In this document: positions 35,211-43,930 of the stretch, piece by piece
Layout of the letters: every line of letters starts with the position of its first letter
Position numbering within the stretch: the first letter of the stretch is position 1
Source: Rothia mucilaginosa
GTDB taxonomy: Bacteria; Actinomycetota; Actinomycetes; Actinomycetales; Micrococcaceae
Strand: one strand, 5' to 3'
Length of the DNA stretch: 64,000 bases
NCBI RefSeq assembly: GCF_963539245.1
Contig: NZ_CAUTJW010000010.1
The notes under the pieces: model-generated
Database searches by the model: none
What the model saw: only the letters and a program-made list of their open reading frames with translations
Told to the model about the DNA's origin: nothing
Made by a program: the position numbers and the translations under genes

Positions 35211-35263
35211 CGTTGCGAAGAATAAATTCACAACATTCCTGCATAAAGTTGTACCGCTAAGTT

Positions 35264-36184
35264 TTAGCCGCAGGACCATTCAAAGGCAACATTGGTGAAG
35301 TCGCGGGCGGCAAGCGCCTCCGGGGTAATCAGCCAGTTCGCCGCACCGGCATCACCCCACATAATCTCAATCTCATCGTCTTCGTTCTCCTCATTCTCCG
35401 ATTCAGAGACGATAGTCAGCAGGTTCACCGTGTGGCCGCGCAGCTCCTTGAACTCTTCACGCGGGTCATTCTGCACGAAGAACGGGTATCCGCCCACGTG
35501 GGAGTATTCTTCCTCCGATTCGAAGGGCTCCGTCAGCTCGTAGAGTGCTTCGCGGCGTGCCTGGTTCTTATACGGGTTCTCGTGTGCTTCGGGCAACTTC
35601 TCGTCCGGGTAGATTTCATCCCACTTCGCACCAAAAACATCGTAGTAGTCGTAGCCGGAGGCGGTCACACCCTGCTCACGCACCTCAAAGGTCATGCCGT
35701 ACTCAAGCTCAAGCGGGCCGCTCTCACAGTCGAAACCGCCGATGGGCCAGCCGCCCTCGTCCCAGTCCACGTTGGGGAACGGAGCATCCGGGTTCGGCTC
35801 ACCCAGAGTCTCGTAGTAGATAACACGGAAGTTCTTCTGCGAGGTCGGGTTCTCATAATCAAAACCCCACAAGCATTCTTCGTCGTTCGGGTCCATCCAG
35901 AACTGCAGCAGACCGGTGGCGGGGTACAGGTCATTCTCGGGCAGCTCAGCGCAGTTAATCTGCGCGATCATACCCAGCGGCTCACCCTTCTCATTGGTCG
36001 GCGCAGACTCCCCGGCAGGCAGGTACGGGCGGCCACCAAACTTGGAAGCGGTCTGCGGCAGCGGTTCGGCGGGCACGAAGGGCTTCAGCGCGATAGCCTT
36101 CTTGCGGGCGCCCTCCTGGTTGAGCAGGTCGATAACGTGCTTCGCCTGCTTCTCAATGTCCTTGAACGGCTTGTTGTCGAGCAT
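35264..36184 (-). CDS. DUF1963 (YwqG-like) family protein, paralog 1
   Basis: SKFGGRPYLPAGE...MIAQINCAELPENDLYPATGLLQFW and the C-terminal GGYPFFVQNDP...MWGDAGAANW are the characteristic DUF1963 blocks. Confidence 0.8.
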   Translation of the reverse strand: MLDNKPFKDIEKQAKHVIDLLNQEGARKKAIALKPFVPAEPLPQTASKFGGRPYLPAGESAPTNEKGEPLGMIAQINCAELPENDLYPATGLLQFWMDPNDEECLWGFDYENPTSQKNFRVIYYETLGEPNPDAPFPNVDWDEGGWPIGGFDCESGPLELEYGMTFEVREQGVTASGYDYYDVFGAKWDEIYPDEKLPEAHENPYKNQARREALYELTEPFESEEEYSHVGGYPFFVQNDPREEFKELRGHTVNLLTIVSESENEENEDDEIEIMWGDAGAANWLITPEALAARDFTNVAFEWSCG

Positions 36185-36225
36185 CTTAGAATCTCCTCAT
36201 TGATGATGTGAAAGTAGTACGGTGC

Positions 36226-37125
36226 CTAACCGCAAGCCCACTCAAAGACGACCTGCGAGAAATCGCGGGCGGCAAGCGCCTCCGGAGTAATCAGCCAGTT
36301 CGCCGCACCGGCATCACCCCACATCACGTACACGCCCTCATCAGCGTCCTCACCCCACTCAGATTCGATGGTCAGCAGGTTCACCGTGTGGCCGCGCAGC
36401 TCCTCGAACTCGTCGCGCGGGTCATTCTGCACAAACGAAGGGTAGCCGCCGATATGCGAGTAATCCCTCTCCTCCGATTCAAAGGGCTCCAGCAGGTTGT
36501 AGGAGGCGTCACCTCGTGCGTTCGGTTCCTCGGGAAGCTTCTGGTCCGGGTACATTTCGTCCCAGGCGTCAGCGAACTGGTCGTAGATTTCGAAGCCGCC
36601 GTCCAGGAAGCCCTGCTCCCAGGTCTCGAAGGCAAGCGCGTACTCAACAACCTCCTCAGCGGTACCCTTGCCGTCACGGCCAAAGGGCCAGCCGTAGTCG
36701 TCCCAGTTCACGGTCGGGAACGGGGCATCCGGGTTCGGTTCACCCAACGTCTCGTAGTAGATCACGCGGTGGTTCTTCTGCGAGAGCGGGTTCTCGTAGT
36801 CGTAACCCCACAAGCACTCTTCGTCGTTGGGGTTAATCCAGAACTGCAGCAGACCGGTCACCGGGTACAGGTCATTCTCGGGCAGGTCGGCACAGTTAAT
36901 CTGCGCAATCATGCCCAGCGGCTCGCCCTTCTCATTGGTCGGCGCAGACTCCCCGGCAGGCAGATAGGGGCGGCCACCAAACTTGGAGGCGGTCTGCGGC
37001 AGCGGCGCTTCGGGGCGGGTTACCTTCAGGCGGATCGCCTGCTTGCGGGCGCCACGCTCGTTGAGCGCGTCGATAACGCGGCGTACCTGCGCCAGGGTCT
37101 CTTCGGAGGGCTTATTCTTCGGCAT
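36226..37125 (-). CDS. DUF1963 (YwqG-like) family protein, paralog 2
   Basis: It has the same blocks (SKFGGRPYLPAGE, GLLQFWINPNDEECLWGYDYENP, GGYPSFVQNDP). The start was set at ATG 37125 (MPKNKPSEE). Confidence 0.8.
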   Translation of the reverse strand: MPKNKPSEETLAQVRRVIDALNERGARKQAIRLKVTRPEAPLPQTASKFGGRPYLPAGESAPTNEKGEPLGMIAQINCADLPENDLYPVTGLLQFWINPNDEECLWGYDYENPLSQKNHRVIYYETLGEPNPDAPFPTVNWDDYGWPFGRDGKGTAEEVVEYALAFETWEQGFLDGGFEIYDQFADAWDEMYPDQKLPEEPNARGDASYNLLEPFESEERDYSHIGGYPSFVQNDPRDEFEELRGHTVNLLTIESEWGEDADEGVYVMWGDAGAANWLITPEALAARDFSQVVFEWACG

Positions 37126-37381
37126 TACGTGCTCATTTCGTCGGTGAATTAATCGGTGTGGAAGGTTCGGTGTGTCAGGCGCGGGCAACGGTACCGCTGC
37201 GCCTTCTACCCCCATTAGACCCTATTTCGGGCGGGCGCGCACCGAATCCGGTCACGAGTGCATCCGGCGGGCAAAAAGCAGGTGCACAGCGCGCAGAAAG
37301 CCCCGCACCCTCACCCTCATGCGCGGGCATAAGAGGCAAATACGGGGCTTCCCGGCGAATCTCTACGAGAGGCTAGAACCT

Positions 37382-38413
37382 TTAGAGCGCCTTCTCGATG
37401 GTCTCCAGAACACCAAGCGCGGCAGCGGGGCCAGCGTTCAGGAAGAACATGTCAGAATCCACGCTATGCGCGTGCTTCTCGGTGACGGCCTTGAGGGTGC
37501 TCCACAGCGCCTCACCGGTCAGCTTGGACTCGTCGCCGCCCTGCACACCGTAGAACAGGTAGTCGCCGTCAGCCTGGTCGAGCTGCTCGGAGCTCAGGTC
37601 GATGGAGGTCTTCTCAACCTGCGCAGCTGCGGGGCGTGCCAGGGATGCGTCCACGCAGATGGAGCCCACGAACGAGGACTTCGCGAAAATGCGGGTGCGG
37701 TCAGCGGAAGCGTACAGGAAGGAGAAGGTCTTCTCGCTACCAGCCTTCTGACCGACCGACTTCGCCTTGGAGTTGTACTCCTCCATGAGCTTCTCAGCCT
37801 TCTCGGTGGTGCCCAGCGCGGCGGCAATCAGCAGGAAGTCCTGCTTCCAGTTGATGCCGGTGCCCTCGGTGACCACAGTCGGCGCGATCTTGGCGAGGGA
37901 CTCGTACACCTCATCCTTCTTGTTGGTGTTGTTGATGAGGATCAGGTCGGGCTTGAGGTTTGCGATAGCCTCAAGGTCCGGGTCGGTGCGCTTGCCGACC
38001 TTGGCGATCTTGTCGAGCTCTGCGGACTTATTGGAGAACTTGGTCTTCAGGTAGGCGGGGACCAGGTCGGCGTCACCGGCGGTTGCCGCGCCAACAGGCA
38101 CAATGCCCAGGGAAAGTACGCCGTCGAGCTGACCGGTGGAGAGAATCACGACCTTGGAGGGTGCGGATTTGATGGTGGTTTCACCGCGGAAGTGCTTGAC
38201 GGTGCGGGGGAATTCGCCGTCAACGGTAGTGGTGCCCATGCCGGAGGGCAGGGCTGAGGGTGCAACCTTCTTACCGGTCGCCGAAGCGGATGCGGAGGAG
38301 GAAGAGCCGGAAGTGTTGGAGGAGCCGCAAGCCGCCAGGGCGAGGGCGCCGAAGGAACCGAGTGCGAGTGCGCCGAAGGAGCGGCGGGTGATCTTGTTCG
38401 TCATATTTGCCAT
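37382..38413 (-). CDS. Iron-siderophore ABC transporter substrate-binding lipoprotein (FepB/FhuD-like)
   Basis: The signal and lipobox are RRSFGALALGSFGALALAACGS. The Peripla_BP_2-like body carries KVVILSTGQLDGVLSLGIVPVG and LKPDLILIN. Confidence 0.85.
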   Translation of the reverse strand: MANMTNKITRRSFGALALGSFGALALAACGSSNTSGSSSSASASATGKKVAPSALPSGMGTTTVDGEFPRTVKHFRGETTIKSAPSKVVILSTGQLDGVLSLGIVPVGAATAGDADLVPAYLKTKFSNKSAELDKIAKVGKRTDPDLEAIANLKPDLILINNTNKKDEVYESLAKIAPTVVTEGTGINWKQDFLLIAAALGTTEKAEKLMEEYNSKAKSVGQKAGSEKTFSFLYASADRTRIFAKSSFVGSICVDASLARPAAAQVEKTSIDLSSEQLDQADGDYLFYGVQGGDESKLTGEALWSTLKAVTEKHAHSVDSDMFFLNAGPAAALGVLETIEKAL

Positions 38414-38527
38414 TTTATTAGGATAACCTCATATATGCATATGCGATACTTAATAATCATCTATTGATACGTTAAGCATCCTCCGCCCACCCGGGAGCGC
38501 ACCGCTCCCCCACTACCTCCAAGGCAT

Positions 38528-39781
38528 ATGACCCAACAGACCACCACCTCTTCCGGCCCCGCCGTCAGCGAAGCTTCCCTGGCGAAAATTCGTGCCCTCT
38601 CTGCTTCTTCGGACGCCGTATCTGGCGCCTCTTCGGGCGGCCGGGGCGGCAAGTCCATCTCGCGCCTGGCGGTTGCGCTCATAATTGGCGGCGTTCTGCT
38701 GGTACTGCTCTGTGCCCTGTCATTTGCGGTGGGTTCGCGCATGTTCGCCCTGGACCGCTCCATTGACGGTTTCCTCCACCCGGAGGCGAACACCATCGAG
38801 TCGAAGCTGATTTGGGCGAAGCGTGCCCCGCGTACCGCCGCGGCGTTGCTGGTCGGTGCCGCGTTGGCGGTGTCGGGTGTGCTCATGCAGGCGTTGAGCC
38901 GTAACCCTCTGGCTGAGCCGGGCCTGCTGGGTGTGAATTCGGGTGCTGCCGCCTCCGTGGTGGTGGGTGTGGGCGTTTTTGGGGTGTCGTCCCCGTTCGT
39001 TCAGCTGTGGCTGGCGCTACTGGGTTCGGGTCTGGCGGCGGCGCTGGTGTTCGTCATGGGTCTGGTAGATTCTAAGCCGAACCTGGATTCGACGGCGCGT
39101 CTGGTGCTCACGGGTGTGGCGGTGAATGCCTGCCTGGGCACGATTACCGGCATTATCACGATGTTTAATTCGAGGGCTTTTGACTCGCACCGTTTCTGGG
39201 TGGTGGGTTCGCTTGAGAACCGCACCTTTGAGCAGGTGCTCTCGGCGCTGCCCTTTGTGGCGTTGGGTCTGGTGCTGTCGTTCATGCTGATTGGTCCCCT
39301 GCGTGCCCTGGCGCTCGGTGAGGATGCGGCAGCCGGCCTAGGCGTGCCGGTGACGCTGGTGCGTGGCGCGACGATTATTGCGATTATGGCGCTGTGTGGT
39401 GCGGCGACTGCGATTGCGGGCCCGATTGGTTTTGTGGGCCTGGTTGTACCGCATGTGGTGCGTCTGCTGGTGGGTTCCGATATTGCGCGCGTGCTGCCGC
39501 TATCGCTGGTGTACGGACCCGTGTTGGTGCTTGCCGCCGATATTTTGGGTCGCGTTCTGGTCATGCCCAGTGAGCTTGAGGTGGGTATTGTGACCGCCTT
39601 TATTGGTGCCCCGGTGTTGATGGTTCTGGTGCTGCGTTTGAGCACCGGCGCGCGCGGCGCGAAGAAGAGCCGCATGGGTAAGAAGGCGCAGGCGCACGAG
39701 GAGGCGGGTCCGCCTCACGTGTCGGAGCACGGTCTGCATCGTGCTCACCGCCCCGTTCTGCGTGGTTCATCTGGTTCGTAG
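38528..39781 (+). CDS. Iron-siderophore ABC permease (FecCD family) with N- and C-terminal extensions
   Basis: The FecCD blocks RTAAALLVGAALAVSGVLMQALSRNPLAEPGLLGVNSGA and IAGPIGFVGLVVPH are present. It is divergent from the binding-protein gene. Confidence 0.85.
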   Translation: MTQQTTTSSGPAVSEASLAKIRALSASSDAVSGASSGGRGGKSISRLAVALIIGGVLLVLLCALSFAVGSRMFALDRSIDGFLHPEANTIESKLIWAKRAPRTAAALLVGAALAVSGVLMQALSRNPLAEPGLLGVNSGAAASVVVGVGVFGVSSPFVQLWLALLGSGLAAALVFVMGLVDSKPNLDSTARLVLTGVAVNACLGTITGIITMFNSRAFDSHRFWVVGSLENRTFEQVLSALPFVALGLVLSFMLIGPLRALALGEDAAAGLGVPVTLVRGATIIAIMALCGAATAIAGPIGFVGLVVPHVVRLLVGSDIARVLPLSLVYGPVLVLAADILGRVLVMPSELEVGIVTAFIGAPVLMVLVLRLSTGARGAKKSRMGKKAQAHEEAGPPHVSEHGLHRAHRPVLRGSSGS

Positions 39782-39806
39782 GTCCCGGTTTCTGAGAGGT
39801 TTTATT

Positions 39807-40844
39807 GTGAGCGTTGTATCTCGTTCTGTAGCCGGTTCTGTGCGTATCCCGGGGCGTTACCGCACCCCTATTCCGCGTACCCTGCTGGTGGTGGCGGTGC
39901 TTGTGGCGGCGGCGGCCGCCTCCCTAGTGTTTGGTAGTTATCAGATGAGCCCTGATCAGGTGTTTCGCCTGATTTTTCAGGGTGAGGGCACGGAGATTGA
40001 GCGTCAGCTGGTGTTGAATCAGCGTCTGCCGCGTATGCTTGCCGCCGTGGTGGTGGGTGCAGCTTTGGGCTTGTCGGGCGCTATTTTTCAGTCGGTTTCG
40101 CGTAATGCTCTGGGTTCGCCGGATATTATCGGTTTCACGGTGGGTTCGGCTACCGGTGCCCTGTCGGTGGTGCTGATTGGGTCGTTGAGTTCTACCGGTG
40201 TGGGTATGGGCATGGGCGCTATTATTGGCGGTTTTGCGACGGCGGCTGTGGTGATGCTTCTGGCGGGTGCGCGCGGTGGCGCGACGATGGGGCAGAAGAT
40301 GGTGCTGATTGGTATTGCGGTGAGTGCAATGCTCAGTTCGGTGAATGATTACCTGATTACGCGCGGTGATTTGGAGAAGGCGGAGGCGGCGAAGACCTGG
40401 CAGCACGGTTCGCTGAATGCTCTGTCGTGGAATCAGATGTCGGTTCAGGCGGTTCTGCTGCTGGTGGCTATTCCGCTGGTTCTGTTGTTGACGCGCCGTC
40501 TGCGCACCCTGGAGCTCGGCGACGATTTGGCGGCGGGTTTAGGTTTGCCGGTGAAGAAGACCGTGAACCTGCTGGTGGCGGCTGCCGTGCTGCTGGTGGC
40601 TGTGGCGATTTCTGTTGCGGGTCCGATTGGTTTCTTGGCGCTGGTTGCCCCGCAGATTGCGCGCCGCCTGTGGAATACTCCGGGTACGGCGATGTGGCAT
40701 TCGGCGCTGTTGGGGTCGGTGATTTTGGTGCTGGCTGATTTTGTGTCGGCTCGTGCGTTGGCGCCGTTCCAGATTCCGGTGGGCCTGGTGACGGGCGCGT
40801 TGGGTGGCGCGTACATGCTGTGGCTGCTGTACCGTCAGCGCTAG
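39807..40844 (+). CDS. Iron-siderophore ABC permease (FecCD family), second subunit
   Basis: RMLAAVVVGAALGLSGAIFQSVSRNALGSPDIIGF and VAGPIGFLALVAPQ are present. The start was set at GTG 39807 behind GAGAGG. Confidence 0.8.
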   Translation: MSVVSRSVAGSVRIPGRYRTPIPRTLLVVAVLVAAAAASLVFGSYQMSPDQVFRLIFQGEGTEIERQLVLNQRLPRMLAAVVVGAALGLSGAIFQSVSRNALGSPDIIGFTVGSATGALSVVLIGSLSSTGVGMGMGAIIGGFATAAVVMLLAGARGGATMGQKMVLIGIAVSAMLSSVNDYLITRGDLEKAEAAKTWQHGSLNALSWNQMSVQAVLLLVAIPLVLLLTRRLRTLELGDDLAAGLGLPVKKTVNLLVAAAVLLVAVAISVAGPIGFLALVAPQIARRLWNTPGTAMWHSALLGSVILVLADFVSARALAPFQIPVGLVTGALGGAYMLWLLYRQR

Positions 40845-40870
40845 TTGCGCCGCTTGAATCGGTATAAGTG

Positions 40871-40906
40871 ACCGGGTGTTCCCCACTGTGGGGGCACCCG
40901 GTTTTC
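40871..40906 (+). terminator. Rho-independent terminator
   Basis: The hairpin is ACCGGGTGTTCCCC-ACTGT-GGGGGCACCCGGT, followed by TTTCTG. Confidence 0.7.
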
Positions 40907-41141
40907 TGTATTTCACGGGGTTTCACCGGGTTTCGCGGGTGGTTTCAGAGGCGATTGCAGAGGCGGTTTCAGATTTTTCAGAATTTTCCCAGTTTTACCC
41001 CGGGGTAGATTAAAAACTGCTTATCGTGTCAGGGGTCGCTCATAGAGTGTAGGTGTTGGAAGGGACGATCCTTCCGACCGGGCACGCCGTCTCCTGCGGT
41101 GTTGCCACTAGGTTGATTCAGCATCTACGGAAGGAACGGTC

Positions 41142-41825
41142 ATGGACAACACCACTCACGAGAGCCAGTACGCAAACGCAGAGATTTCCTGCACCGCCGA
41201 TGAGCAGCTGTGCCGTGATGCAGAGTTCAACCTGCTGATGCAGGCGGGCACCATTGTTCGTATGGAGCGTTTCAACGTGGATGAGCTCCGCGGCGTTCTG
41301 GAGCAGCTGGTGGCTGACGGTTCGTGCTTCCGCACCGCGCCGGCGTCCTCGACTATGGGCCGCGTGATGCGTCACCTGACTCAGGGCGCTTCCGGTTACG
41401 AGGCGAACCTGGCTGAGCTGCGTGCGGCGGCGCAGAACGCTCTGCTGTTCGTGTTCCCCCTGGAGAAGGACCTGGAGATGTGCCTGCGCTTTGAGCGTGT
41501 GCAGGGTACCGGTCTGGCGTTGACTCGCCTGGGCGTGAGCCCGGTCAATGGTGACCTGTGGACTCAGCACTGGGCGATGCGCGCGCTGGAGTGCACTGGC
41601 GGCGTGTTTGCGGTGGAGTCCGCTCCGGGTGCCTGCAATTTTGAGCTGCGCCGCGAGATGTTCTACGCGATGCTGTCGCTGGTTGAGCTGTCGACTTTGG
41701 GTCTGTCGGCTGAGCCGGAGGACTTCTACATGTTTGCCGATTCGGAGGCCGTGTGTAAGAAGTTTAAGCGTGAGCGTCGTGATTGCCGCCGCGCTATGCG
41801 TGCCCAGTACGACCGCGCCGCATAA
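41142..41825 (+). CDS. Hypothetical cytoplasmic protein
   Basis: The 227-codon ORF has native composition, and a GGAAGGAACGG SD-like stretch lies upstream. I recognise no family. Confidence 0.55.
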   Translation: MDNTTHESQYANAEISCTADEQLCRDAEFNLLMQAGTIVRMERFNVDELRGVLEQLVADGSCFRTAPASSTMGRVMRHLTQGASGYEANLAELRAAAQNALLFVFPLEKDLEMCLRFERVQGTGLALTRLGVSPVNGDLWTQHWAMRALECTGGVFAVESAPGACNFELRREMFYAMLSLVELSTLGLSAEPEDFYMFADSEAVCKKFKRERRDCRRAMRAQYDRAA

Positions 41826-41835
41826 GGTATATCGT

Positions 41836-41855
41836 GTATGCCTTATGCGGCATAC
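41836..41855. terminator. Short hairpin between convergent genes
   Basis: The hairpin is GTATGCC-TTATGC-GGCATAC. Confidence 0.4.
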
Positions 41856-41862
41856 GCGCATA

Positions 41863-42900
41863 TCAGAGCCATTTGTTCTTCTTGAAGAACCAGTAGAGGA
41901 GCAGGCAGGAACCCACCATGAGTAGCAGCGCGGCGGGGTAGCCGAACTCCCATTTGAGTTCGGGCATGACTTCAAAGTTCATGCCGTAGACGGAGCCAAC
42001 GATGGTGGGCACCATGAGCAGCGCCGCGTAGGCGGAGATTTTCTTGGTGTCGTCGTTCTGCTGCTGACCGAGCAGGGTGTCGTGCACTCGCAGGGCGTTT
42101 TCTAGGGAGCTACGAAGGTCCTCGAGGCGTTCTTTTGTGTGCACCACGTGGTCAAGCACGTTGCGGAATTGACGGGCAAGCTCGACCGCTTCTTCATTCT
42201 TTTCTTCTTCGGATACGCCCGGGTAGGGTGAGGGGTCGAGCGCGCCGGTGCGCATCCCCTCGATAATGCGGCCGATCATGGATTCGAGGGGGCGGCAGGC
42301 ACGCTGGAAGTCGATGACCTGGTTGAGCAGTTCGTAGATGCGCTGGGCGAGGGAGTTGGCCTCTTGCCGCTCGCTGGGGGAGAAGAGGATGTCTTCGATT
42401 TCGTCGTTGTCGTTTTCGAGTCCGTCGAGCACGGGTGCGTACCCGTCGACGGTGCTGTCGAGGATGCGGTGCAGCAGTCGGGCGGGGGATGCGTCGGGGG
42501 TGGCGTAGAGCAGGTTGAACTGGTCGTTGATGTTGCGGTCGCTGCGCTGTTCGTCGCGGACGAGTGCGAGGGTGTAGCGGGGGCCGGTGAAGAGGTGCAG
42601 TTCGCTCAGGCGCACTTCTTCTTCTTTGTCGAGGTAGATGGCGGGGCGGATGACGGTGAAGAGGGAGTCGCCGTATCGTTCTAGTTTGGCGCGCTGGTGG
42701 CCTCGTCCGGCGTCTTCGATGGCGAGTTCGTGCAGGTTGAAGGTTTCTTGTAGCCTGTGCAGTTCGTGGATGCCGGTGTTGGCGTATCCGAGGGCTACGG
42801 CAGTGTTGGGTTGCTGGTAGGCGTTGAGAGTTTCTTCTTCGGGTGCGCCTACGCGGATGCGGTCGCCGCTGGGGTAGATGGCTCCGGTAATGTAGGTCAT
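41863..42900 (-). CDS. corA: CorA magnesium/cobalt transporter
   Basis: The C-terminal YGMNF motif and two TM helices are present. The start was set at ATG 42900 behind GAGGAG. Confidence 0.9.
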   Translation of the reverse strand: MTYITGAIYPSGDRIRVGAPEEETLNAYQQPNTAVALGYANTGIHELHRLQETFNLHELAIEDAGRGHQRAKLERYGDSLFTVIRPAIYLDKEEEVRLSELHLFTGPRYTLALVRDEQRSDRNINDQFNLLYATPDASPARLLHRILDSTVDGYAPVLDGLENDNDEIEDILFSPSERQEANSLAQRIYELLNQVIDFQRACRPLESMIGRIIEGMRTGALDPSPYPGVSEEEKNEEAVELARQFRNVLDHVVHTKERLEDLRSSLENALRVHDTLLGQQQNDDTKKISAYAALLMVPTIVGSVYGMNFEVMPELKWEFGYPAALLLMVGSCLLLYWFFKKNKWL

Positions 42901-43174
42901 CGTTGTACTCCTCTGAACGCTTTGGCGCCACGTGTGCGAGGCGCTCTTTCCAGCATACGGCACGCGCCCCGCCCGGTCACATGCACGGGCTCGGGGTGTT
43001 CGGGATGCTGTGTTGGGGTTGAGGTGTTGTGGCGAGTCTTGGATTTTCTTTTTAAGATATCTGGGGGTTGTAGAGTTTCAACCTTCCCTTGAGGACTAAG
43101 AAAGTCTACACTTCTAGTTAATGAGACTGGGATTGTCTTAGAACCAACCACTATTTTCTTTTGAGGAGTCAACG

Positions 43175-43870
43175 ATGCTGTTGAAACCGTTTGTGAAGGG
43201 TGCGGCGTGTACTTTTGCCGCTGCCTCTCTCTTGTTGTCTGCGGCGGTGCCTGCTTCTGCGGCGCAATTGCACCCTAAGACTTTTTCTCCTTTTCCGGGT
43301 GATGAACTGGAAGTTACTTGTATTAATGAGTCTGAGTACAATACCCGGGGTGATTACCAGGATAAGGTGATTGCTTGGGCGGAATGCACTGGACTTATTA
43401 CTCACGGGCGCCGTCTTTATCTTCAGAAGAATAAGAATGCTCCCCAGCCTGCGATGACTCGTGGGCAGCTTCTTGAGTTTCTGTACCATGTGAAGGGCAG
43501 GCCCGTGGTTAAGGATCTTCCTGCTACTTCACCGTACAGCGATATCTCGGTCAATGATCCGCACTACCCTATTGCTATCTGGGCTACTCGTGAAGGTATC
43601 AGCAGCGGATGGGGAGACGGAAAGTTCCACTACAACGAGGTAGCTTATGAGGCGACTGAGGCTCTCTTCCTATACCGGATGTACGGCAAACCTCAGGTGG
43701 ACCTTACCCCCGTCCCCGAGGATTTCAAGCGTTGTGTGAAAGAGGGCGGAGATATGCATAAAGCATATAGCTGGCTGGGTTGGACACCTCAGTGTGGATA
43801 TGACAGTGATGTTAAATTCATGACATTTCTATCTGTTTTGCGAGATCTTGACGAGCGCGGAATTTTATAA
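43175..43870 (+). CDS. Secreted protein with one SLH-like module (low-GC island)
   Basis: The signal peptide is MLLKPFVKGAACTFAAASLLLSAAVPASA. The module PYSDISVNDPHYPIAIWATREGISSGWGDGKFH resembles the SLH repeats of the S8 proteases. Confidence 0.65.
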   Translation: MLLKPFVKGAACTFAAASLLLSAAVPASAAQLHPKTFSPFPGDELEVTCINESEYNTRGDYQDKVIAWAECTGLITHGRRLYLQKNKNAPQPAMTRGQLLEFLYHVKGRPVVKDLPATSPYSDISVNDPHYPIAIWATREGISSGWGDGKFHYNEVAYEATEALFLYRMYGKPQVDLTPVPEDFKRCVKEGGDMHKAYSWLGWTPQCGYDSDVKFMTFLSVLRDLDERGIL

Positions 43871-43882
43871 GTTATAAAAAAT

Positions 43883-43924
43883 AAAGATAGGCTCTGAATA
43901 TTGATAATTTCAGAGCCTATCTTT
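43883..43924. terminator. Bidirectional A/T-flanked terminator
   Basis: AAAGATAGGCTCTGAA-10 nt-TTCAGAGCCTATCTTT is a perfect 16-bp stem. Confidence 0.8.
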
Positions 43925-43930
43925 TATATA

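Noticed and set aside
35012-35211. CRISPR array.
   Set aside because: The repeats are only 8-11 nt long, occur in both orientations, and are separated by 3-5 nt gaps rather than ~30-nt spacers. No cas genes are present.
38414-38445. DtxR/IdeR iron box in the divergent siderophore promoter (TTATTAGGATAACCTCATA and the palindrome ATATGCATAT).
   Set aside because: Only TTAGG and TAACCT fragments of the 19-bp TTAGGTTAGGCTAACCTAA consensus are present, with the wrong spacing. That is too weak to call.
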